A DNA stretch of 32,000 bases from Methanothermobacter sp. (lineage in GTDB: Archaea; Methanobacteriota; Methanobacteria; Methanobacteriales; Methanothermobacteraceae). Under the pieces are notes generated by a model. The model saw only the letters and a list, made by a program, of their open reading frames with translations. It was not told the DNA's origin and searched no databases. The position numbers and the translations under genes are program-made. The stretch covers positions 2,683 to 34,682 of the forward strand of contig NZ_JBNASF010000004.1 in NCBI RefSeq assembly GCF_049720995.1, in the 5' to 3' direction. Shown here in pieces: positions 18,837 through 25,125 of the stretch (position 1 is its first letter; each line of letters opens with the position of its first letter).

Positions 18837-19484
18837 GTGGTGGGATTGGTCTCAGCGGTTGTTACAGCGGCAGGGAGGGGTAGCCGTATGTGCAGGGACA
18901 TGCTGGAACTCGGCCTTGAACCCATCCACAAATTACTGCTCCCCCTCAACTCAGTTACTGTAATAGAAAAGACGGTGGATTCCGTGCTCAGGGCAGGTGT
19001 GGATGAGTGCATCGTGGTCACAGGCCACCATGCAGGGGAGGTGGAGGCGGCGATATCAGGTATGGATGTGGAGATTGTGAGGAACGATCCTGCTGAGGTT
19101 CCACTATCAGCATCACTCCTAAATGGTGTTCTCGCTGCTTCGGGTGAAATCATACTCTGCGTGGCAGGTGACCAGCCGGCGGTATCCCCCGGGACCATGG
19201 GGAGAATCAGTGAACATGCGGATCATGAGACGGTTTCGGTACTTGCAAGGGGAAGCAGTGGCTGGCTTGAGAGTGCTGAGGGCCTCGGGATGCCCCTTGC
19301 AGCGAGTTCAGAGGTCCTTAAAAAATATCTCCCCCTGGGTGATGGCAACATAAATCCGCTGCTGCGTTTGATGGTGGATGATGGCATCAGACTGTACGGT
19401 GTTGAGGCATCAGACCCCATTGAACTTGTAAATATAAACCACTACAGTGATTACCTCAGAATAAGGGGTTATCCTGGGGTTTAA
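18837..19484 (+). CDS. MobA-like/NTP_transf_3-type nucleotidyltransferase
   Basis: GTG start directly after the upstream TAG. The N-terminus VVTAAGRGSRM is the G-x-G-x-R NTP-binding loop of the GT-A-fold nucleotidyltransferases (MobA/MocA/IspD type). About 215 aa. Last gene of the ligase operon. Confidence 0.75.
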   Translation: MVGLVSAVVTAAGRGSRMCRDMLELGLEPIHKLLLPLNSVTVIEKTVDSVLRAGVDECIVVTGHHAGEVEAAISGMDVEIVRNDPAEVPLSASLLNGVLAASGEIILCVAGDQPAVSPGTMGRISEHADHETVSVLARGSSGWLESAEGLGMPLAASSEVLKKYLPLGDGNINPLLRLMVDDGIRLYGVEASDPIELVNINHYSDYLRIRGYPGV

Positions 19485-19510
19485 ACCACTGCTGTGATTA
19501 CCTCAGAATA
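19437..19510. repeat. Direct duplication of the nucleotidyltransferase 3' region (27 nt, 3 mismatches, period 47)
   Basis: aaccactacagtgattacctcagaata (19437-19463, inside the last codons) recurs as aaccactgctgtgattacctcagaata (19484-19510), starting at the last base of the stop codon. Confidence 0.85.
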
Positions 19511-19576
19511 GTGGAGTTAAAATAGCTGAAGGAAGGGTCTAAAACTAGATTTAAAAGAAAAATAGGAGACCGTACA

Positions 19577-19786
19577 CTAGAATTCCTTTTCCTCGGTCTC
19601 CTCTTCAAGAAGATCCAGTCTATCCTCAATCTCTTCAAGGAGCTTACCCACGTTCCTGAGGATCTCAAGGGTGTCATAGATCCAGTTTATAACAAGCTCC
19701 TGGTCTGCCTCACCCTCATACTTCTTTATCTTCTCCTCGAGGTCAGCAACATCCTCAAGGATCCTGAAGGTCTTTGTCTCAACCAC
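19577..19786 (-). CDS. Small acidic coiled-coil protein, unknown function
   Basis: 69 aa, E/D/L-rich helical (…DVADLEEKIKKYEGE…LLEEIEDRLDLLEEETEEKEF). It lies 30 nt downstream of the DUF169 gene on the same strand. Confidence 0.5.
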   Translation of the reverse strand: MVETKTFRILEDVADLEEKIKKYEGEADQELVINWIYDTLEILRNVGKLLEEIEDRLDLLEEETEEKEF

Positions 19787-19816
19787 AGTATCACCCCCTT
19801 TATTTTTGGATTGAGC

Positions 19817-20506
19817 CTACTGGCTTATGGCCTCAAGGGCATTGACAACACACCCTATGTTCTCGCCGTTGAGTCCCACGATGAGTTCGTCGTCCCTTAC
19901 ACCGGCGTACTGCCTTGAACCGCTGCACCCCATGGTTATATTTGGCCTCTTCCTCATGTAGGGCCCTGCAACTGCGTCTGCACAGAGTGACTGTATACCT
20001 GAGAAGTCAGCCTCCACGCGGCCACCGAGGGTGTATACGAGGGCCTGTGAGATCTTCATTGCCTGGGCAGGGTTGCAGATGATCACTATGACGTCAGGGT
20101 CAAAGGTTGCATCCTCAAGGGGTGCGTACACTGCGGCGTAGAACCTGAGGTCAAGGGAGGGTATCCCATCAAAGGTTCTCTTGGCGGATGCAAAGCTTGC
20201 AAAGCGACCAAGGTTGTAGTAGAACTCCCCTGTTTTGACCTTCTCTGGCGCCTCATCTATTCCAAGGGCATCTGCACCACCCTTGCATGCCTGGGCCTCC
20301 GCCGTTGCATAGAATGATTTCCCTGCAGCAGCCATCTGGACCATTTCACAGTGCCTTGCAGGCTTCTCTATTTTTTCAACACCCTCCGGAAGGTCATCCT
20401 CCCTTAGAACGAGTTTTATCGCCACCGGGGACTTCTCAAGTCCAAGGAGGGTTTTCAGCTTTTCTGATATCTCATCATATCCATTCACAGCGCATACATC
20501 AACCAC
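19817..20506 (-). CDS. DUF169 (COG2043)-family protein
   Basis: 229 aa. The pattern SPVAIKLV...ARHCEMVQMAAAGKSFYATAEAQACKGGADALGI...MGCSGSRQY matches my recollection of DUF169. Confidence 0.7.
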   Translation of the reverse strand: MVDVCAVNGYDEISEKLKTLLGLEKSPVAIKLVLREDDLPEGVEKIEKPARHCEMVQMAAAGKSFYATAEAQACKGGADALGIDEAPEKVKTGEFYYNLGRFASFASAKRTFDGIPSLDLRFYAAVYAPLEDATFDPDVIVIICNPAQAMKISQALVYTLGGRVEADFSGIQSLCADAVAGPYMRKRPNITMGCSGSRQYAGVRDDELIVGLNGENIGCVVNALEAISQ

Positions 20507-20515
20507 AAGATCACC

Positions 20516-20707
20516 TCAATCAATAATCTTCACGGGTTTACCGTACTGGCGTTTCTCGAGATGGCCACAGTCGCGGCACCTGTAGATCACCAGGATGAAG
20601 TTTCCTGATTCAGGGTATGTCTCCTCAACCTCATCTGCAACTCCACCGCAGACACTGCACCTCACCCTTTCTGGCTGATCCATTCTGTAGTGTATCATCA
20701 GAACCAC
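20516..20707 (-). CDS. Small zinc-ribbon protein
   Basis: 63 aa or shorter (alternative ATG starts at codons 4 and 9). CSVCGG...CRDCGH four-Cys ribbon. 9 nt upstream of the DUF169 gene; ttaatata lies upstream. Confidence 0.5.
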   Translation of the reverse strand: MVLMIHYRMDQPERVRCSVCGGVADEVEETYPESGNFILVIYRCRDCGHLEKRQYGKPVKIID

Positions 20708-20831
20708 AATGTAATATTATGTAAAAAAGAGTTATATTAATTTCTCGGTCCCGGTGTTCCTGTCATGACCCGGTACTGATCTTCTGCTTCCCTGAGTTTT
20801 TTGCTGTTCTGTAGAGGAGGATCTCTTAAGT

Positions 20832-21566
20832 TTATGATGGGATGTCAGTGGAGTCAAGGGTTCTTACAAACTCCCGGGCATGTTCCAGGGTTCTTGAATA
20901 GTCCTGGTACATGTAGTTCTCATAGAGTATGGCCGGTGTTCCCCCCTGAATTATGGGTTCAGTCACATAGGCGGGGCTTGTCTGTGACTCAGGGAAGTGG
21001 TAGGATAGCCAGCTGATTCTGGATGCGAGTTTCAGGGCTATCAATCTGCTTTGCTCATGGGGGAGTGGTGTGAAAACGAACCTCTTCATACCATAGTTGC
21101 CCCTGTTGGAGTGCACATCAACTGCCAGGCTGTAGTTGCCCCTGGCTACATCTGGGACCACGTATCTTCGTGCAAGGAGCTGTCCCGCCATCCTCCCCCT
21201 TTCGTAGTCCTCAGGGTTAAGTGTAACGTTGACCCGGTATACGAAGTACACGTACCTCAGTTTTTCCTGGTTCTCCTCAAGGGCCTGCAGTATTGCCCTG
21301 TGGGAGTCCCTCTCCAGGGGGTGGACCCCTGTTATGTAGGCTATTTTCACCTCTGAGTCCCTGTTACCGTAGGGTCCAAGTTTCTCAACTGTGCCCATCT
21401 TATCTGAGCCAAGAACCACAGCTTCGTTCCTGTTATCTGTACTGTGGAAGGAGGGGTTCAGAAGGTAAAAAGTGATTAAAGCTCCGGTGATTATAAATGG
21501 GAGGATCAATTTTCTCTGCATGGTGAACTTCCATTGGTATTGATCGTAAGAACTCTGTTCACTCAA
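20832..21566 (-). CDS. Membrane-anchored extracytoplasmic protein with HxxE...H zinc-carboxypeptidase/deacylase-like motif arrangement (tentative)
   Basis: TTG 21566 per the track; ATG 21518 (MQRKLILPFIITGALITFYLL, TM anchor) is a plausible true start. IAYITGVHPLERDSH (HxxE), NPEDYERGR, LAVDVHSNRG and AILYENY resemble the M14/AstE-type metal-ligand layout. Confidence 0.6.
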   Translation of the reverse strand: MSEQSSYDQYQWKFTMQRKLILPFIITGALITFYLLNPSFHSTDNRNEAVVLGSDKMGTVEKLGPYGNRDSEVKIAYITGVHPLERDSHRAILQALEENQEKLRYVYFVYRVNVTLNPEDYERGRMAGQLLARRYVVPDVARGNYSLAVDVHSNRGNYGMKRFVFTPLPHEQSRLIALKLASRISWLSYHFPESQTSPAYVTEPIIQGGTPAILYENYMYQDYSRTLEHAREFVRTLDSTDIPS

Positions 21567-21599
21567 CGATGTTAGGTTCCTGTAAAAATAAAAGGTTAT

Positions 21600-22145
21600 T
21601 CAGACATTTATAACTTCTGGTAGAGTCCCTGTTCTCCTGTATTCAACAAGAACCTGTCTGAAGATCTTCCTTGCAAGTGATGGTGTTATGTCGGGGGATC
21701 CCTCAACATAGATACCAACATGGTTGGGGCTTCTGCCATTGGCGTCCATCCAGGTGTATGTGCGCTCCGCCATATCTGTGTATTCGCTCCTTGTAAGGGT
21801 GACGGTATCCATAAATCCATAGGGGTCCTCAGGTCCACCGTATTCACTCACATGAATCTTTCCTGTCTCATTGGCTTCCAGCATCACAATCCCCCTTGCA
21901 AAGATGTACAGTAGCTGGGGGCCTGTGAAGTTGAATCCCCTGTACGTCACTGTACCGTTACCTGAGTCCATCTCTGCAAGTTCAAGAACAGCCTGAAGGT
22001 TAAGCTGGTATCCATCTGAGGTTTTTTCAACCACTGCATCTTTTGTCTCTACAGGCATGCTCTGGGGTATGAACTGTATAACAACAGCTACGGCAAGAAG
22101 GAAAAATGTCATGGCAGTTAAAATAGGTATATTCCTTTCATTCAT
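21600..22145 (-). CDS. Membrane-anchored pseudomurein-binding-repeat (PMBR)-like protein
   Basis: GGGGGTG SD 5 nt before the ATG. N-terminal TM IPILTAMTFFLLAVAVVIQFI. The C-terminal LTRSEYTDMAERTYTWMDANGRSPNHVGI...ITPSLARKIFRQVLVEYRRTGTLPEVINV matches the PMBR pattern known from the N-termini of PeiW/PeiP (Y.dMa.r...f...nGr.PnyV). Confidence 0.65.
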   Translation of the reverse strand: MNERNIPILTAMTFFLLAVAVVIQFIPQSMPVETKDAVVEKTSDGYQLNLQAVLELAEMDSGNGTVTYRGFNFTGPQLLYIFARGIVMLEANETGKIHVSEYGGPEDPYGFMDTVTLTRSEYTDMAERTYTWMDANGRSPNHVGIYVEGSPDITPSLARKIFRQVLVEYRRTGTLPEVINV

Positions 22146-22228
22146 ATAAACACCCCCTTTGCACCAGCGAAATTCAATTATACTTTTTAAAAAAATGAAT
22201 ATTGTTTTTAAAGAAGAATATTGAGAGG

Positions 22229-22792
22229 TTATCCGCTGTACCTCTTACCTGTCTTTTCAACAATGGCATTTGATATGAGGGGTATGGTTCTTTCGGCTTC
22301 TGTAACGGTAATATATGTGGTTGAACCACTGTATATGCCGTAAATTATGACCTCATCGTTTTCGTAGATACCGTCAAATGCACCCTCTACCATAATATCA
22401 TTGTCATAGGATCCTATGGGGCATACCCTTATGCTGTCTGAACTTGACTGAACAACATAACCCTTTGTTTTCACGGGTGTTCCCTTTGCTATGGAACCGC
22501 TGTAGAGTTCAGATATGCTTACTTCCTTAGCCTTTTCTTTTATCTCTGCGCTGGTCATGTAAGTGCCTGTAACTTCGCCTGTGTAATCTGTTGATTCGTC
22601 AGGTGTCCCCATGGAGGTTATAAAGATAAGAAGGACGATTCCTATACAGCATGCGCCTCCTATGAGCCCTATTTTGGACTTTGATCCCAGTTTACTCCAC
22701 CAGCTGCTTTTGATACTTTCAAATTCTTTTCCGCATTTTGCGCAGAATTTGGAGTCTTTCTTGTTTTCTGTTCCACAATCAGGACATTTCAA
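22229..22792 (-). CDS. Zinc-ribbon / single-TM / extracellular-domain protein
   Basis: TTG start with GGAGGTAA 5 nt upstream. MKCPDCGTEN..CAKCG ribbon, TM IGLIGGACCIGIVLLIFI, then a ~120-aa beta-rich ectodomain. 12 nt downstream of the DUF2085 gene. Confidence 0.7.
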   Translation of the reverse strand: MKCPDCGTENKKDSKFCAKCGKEFESIKSSWWSKLGSKSKIGLIGGACCIGIVLLIFITSMGTPDESTDYTGEVTGTYMTSAEIKEKAKEVSISELYSGSIAKGTPVKTKGYVVQSSSDSIRVCPIGSYDNDIMVEGAFDGIYENDEVIIYGIYSGSTTYITVTEAERTIPLISNAIVEKTGKRYSG

Positions 22793-22804
22793 AACAATTA
22801 CCTC

Positions 22805-23134
22805 CTATAGAATTGTCCATATGAAGTACTTAATTGCCTTTGTGATTATTCCAAGACCTACACCTGCAGGAACACCTGTTGAGAACCTCAGAACATTGTT
22901 GCTTTCCCTGTAACCGAGTAGCTGTGTGAATCCATCAAGGAATGTTGGAACTATCATAATGAATGCTGAGATTATCAGAGTGATGTCATATTCAATCACT
23001 GTGAGGTAAGCGTATATGAAGTATGCGAATGCACCAGTGTAGATTCCAGTACACCTTGAACATACAGGAAAGTAGTGACCTCTTACTGAAAATGTTCTCT
23101 CTGGTTTCCTGTGGCACAAGTACCTTAGCTTCAT
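22805..23134 (-). CDS. DUF2085-family membrane protein
   Basis: The N-terminus LCHRKPERTFSVRGHYFPVCSRCTGIYTGAF is the characteristic DUF2085 motif. It has 3-4 TM helices and 109 aa. Confidence 0.75.
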   Translation of the reverse strand: MKLRYLCHRKPERTFSVRGHYFPVCSRCTGIYTGAFAYFIYAYLTVIEYDITLIISAFIMIVPTFLDGFTQLLGYRESNNVLRFSTGVPAGVGLGIITKAIKYFIWTIL

Positions 23135-23556
23135 ATGGACAGCACCATCTCTACTAATTATTCAGTAAGCATGGTATTGTATTTAAATGTTTACTTTTTT
23201 CATTTACATTAATAAATTTTTTAATGATAGTAGGACAATTTTCCATCATGGATTCTCTGCCACCATCCATTAACTTCATTATACCTCATGACATATGATG
23301 GCGCAATCATGATAAGCCACGCATCACATGAAGGGTATGGGCAATTTTGGTGTAATGTAATGGGTAATATCCATCTTTTCAATGACACCCTGCAGGATAT
23401 CCAGTGATTCAGAATAAAAAAGGAGCCATTTCTGAATGTCAATCTGTTTAGAGGAAAATATATATAGAATAATCAGAATAAGATAACACCATATGTAATG
23501 AATTGTTTTCCCTGAACAGATCTTTGTGATAGGAAAACTTAAGGGAAGTGATAATA

Positions 23557-24150
23557 ATGGATACAACACTTATATCCACAATATACTCCATTGAACCGGT
23601 GATGTTCTGCATAACACAGTTCTCACCAAAGAAGGTTGTGCTGCTCAAGGAAGATAAGGCGCCAAGGGAGAAGGAACAGGTCGAACAGGTCCTCAGAGAC
23701 ACTCTGGGTAACTTCGTTGAGATAACGACCTTTGAGACAAGCCTTTATGATGTTGTCACCATTGCAAGGGATATGGTTGAGATCATAGATGAGGAAAGGG
23801 CCAATGGAAGGCGTGTCGTGGTTAACATAAGCGGGGGCAGAAAAACCCAGGCACTCGGCGCACTCTTCGGCTGCTACGCCAGGAACCATGATGTTCAGCG
23901 CATAGTGTACGTGACCGAGGAGGACAGCGAACTCATAGACCTCCCCATACTGAGCTTCGGAATATCCAAGACAAAAAAACAGGTCCTTGAGGAACTCAAG
24001 GCCGGTGAAACATCTGTTAAGAACCTTGCAGTCAAGATAGGTATAAGCAGGGGGATGACCTACAACCATATAAGAGAACTCCGTGACATGGGGTTCATAG
24101 ACCGTGAAAAACTTGAAATAACCTCTGCAGGCGAGCTTGCAGTCCTTTAA
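23557..24150 (+). CDS. Csa3-like CARF domain plus winged-HTH transcriptional regulator (CRISPR-locus-related DNA-binding protein type)
   Basis: ATG 23557 with GGGAAGTGA 5 nt upstream. The N-terminal Rossmann-like domain has the CARF-type loop [20 protein letters not shown]-terminal wHTH: [29 protein letters not shown]. About 197 aa, the typical Csa3 size. Confidence 0.7.
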   Translation: MDTTLISTIYSIEPVMFCITQFSPKKVVLLKEDKAPREKEQVEQVLRDTLGNFVEITTFETSLYDVVTIARDMVEIIDEERANGRRVVVNISGGRKTQALGALFGCYARNHDVQRIVYVTEEDSELIDLPILSFGISKTKKQVLEELKAGETSVKNLAVKIGISRGMTYNHIRELRDMGFIDREKLEITSAGELAVL

Positions 24151-24187
24151 ATCATTTTAATGGACACATCTACTATAAGGAACTAAA

Positions 24188-25063
24188 GTGTCCTCAATGC
24201 CCATAATCTCCTTAAACACAACGCAGGATTTTTTTGGAAGGGAAAAGGAGATCAGGGAAATTAAGGAAGCCCTCAATGACCCGGGATTTGTGGTCGTTAC
24301 GGGTAAGATGGGCTCAGGAAAAACCGCTATTCTCAGGAGAATCCATGAGGAGAACCCCAATAGAACCACCTTCATTGATATGAGGTGCACCGATGTCAGG
24401 AAGACCCATGAGGGCATACCAGACTTCAGGAGGATAACGGTTCTTGCAAGAACCGTGGAGTGGAATGTACTCCTTGACGGTGCGCCACCTGAAAAATCTG
24501 CCTTCACAGATGCATGGAAGATGTCACAGATGCATAATATGAGGTGTGCGGTGGCAGTGAGGTACAGTGAAGGACTTATCAGAGATATTCAGGAGGAACT
24601 CCCCCTGATGTCTGTTGTTGAGGTGCCACCCCTCACAGAAAGGGATACAGAGAGGTACATCAGGCTCAAGGCACCGGGTTTCAGGGCCGTCAGGTCTGGA
24701 ATAGAATACATCCATGAGGTCACAGGGGGCATGCCTCTATTCATTGACAGCTTCCTGAATGTGCTATCAGATGGAGTCATATATGGTCCCGCGCTCCTTG
24801 AGGAGAACTTCAATGCCAAGTTTCAGCAGATAGCCTTTCCATGGATCGCTGAACTGAACCGCTTAACACGTGGGGAAAAGGATATATTGAGTCTTTTAAA
24901 GGAAGGTCCCCTTGGAGGAGATGAAATACCTGCCAGCAGCAGAGAACTTGAGGAACTTGAACTCCGGGGCCTCATTGAGCTTCATGGGGATGAATGGAGT
25001 CTCGGTTCAGAGCTCCTCAGAAGGGTCATTGTTGAACTTGAGAATCAGACTGGATGTATCTAG
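24188..25063 (+). CDS. P-loop ATPase of the archaeal-ATPase (Arch_ATPase/AAA-like) type with C-terminal wHTH-like region
   Basis: [15 protein letters not shown]...VVVTGKMGSGKTAILRRI is the standard N-terminus of that family. C-terminal LTRGEKDILSLLKEGPLGGDEIP...LEELELRGLI is wHTH-like. It lies 37 nt after the CARF gene. An alternative ATG is at 24197. Confidence 0.7.
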   Translation: MSSMPIISLNTTQDFFGREKEIREIKEALNDPGFVVVTGKMGSGKTAILRRIHEENPNRTTFIDMRCTDVRKTHEGIPDFRRITVLARTVEWNVLLDGAPPEKSAFTDAWKMSQMHNMRCAVAVRYSEGLIRDIQEELPLMSVVEVPPLTERDTERYIRLKAPGFRAVRSGIEYIHEVTGGMPLFIDSFLNVLSDGVIYGPALLEENFNAKFQQIAFPWIAELNRLTRGEKDILSLLKEGPLGGDEIPASSRELEELELRGLIELHGDEWSLGSELLRRVIVELENQTGCI

Positions 25064-25102
25064 CTTCCATTTAGGATCAGACGGGATGTATCTAGCTTCC
25101 AT
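25044..25102. repeat. Direct duplication of the ATPase gene 3' end including its stop codon (27 nt, 1 mismatch, period 32)
   Basis: atcagactggatgtatctagcttccat (25044-25070) recurs as atcagacgggatgtatctagcttccat (25076-25102). Confidence 0.92.
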
Positions 25103-25105
25103 CCA

Positions 25106-25120
25106 ATAAAAAAAATAAAA
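25106..25120 (-). terminator. Oligo-T tract downstream of the CobN-like gene
   Basis: The minus strand reads ttttattttttttatt immediately 3' of the stop at 25126. Confidence 0.45.
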
Positions 25121-25125
25121 TGGGG

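Noticed and set aside
20801-21475. Plus-strand ORFs (60-101 aa) opposite the HxxE…H protein gene
   Set aside because: They are antisense, Pro/Gly/Cys-rich, and lack start signals.
23221-23702. Three overlapping minus-strand ORFs (73, 81 and 84 aa) in the AT-rich spacer
   Set aside because: They mutually overlap, have no SD, have an odd composition, and one runs into the CARF gene start. I treated the region as non-coding spacer.
5097-25102. Possibility that the short direct repeats are att sites or target-site duplications of mobile elements
   Set aside because: The copies are only 32-67 bp apart with nothing element-like between them. No integrase or transposase is present in the window.
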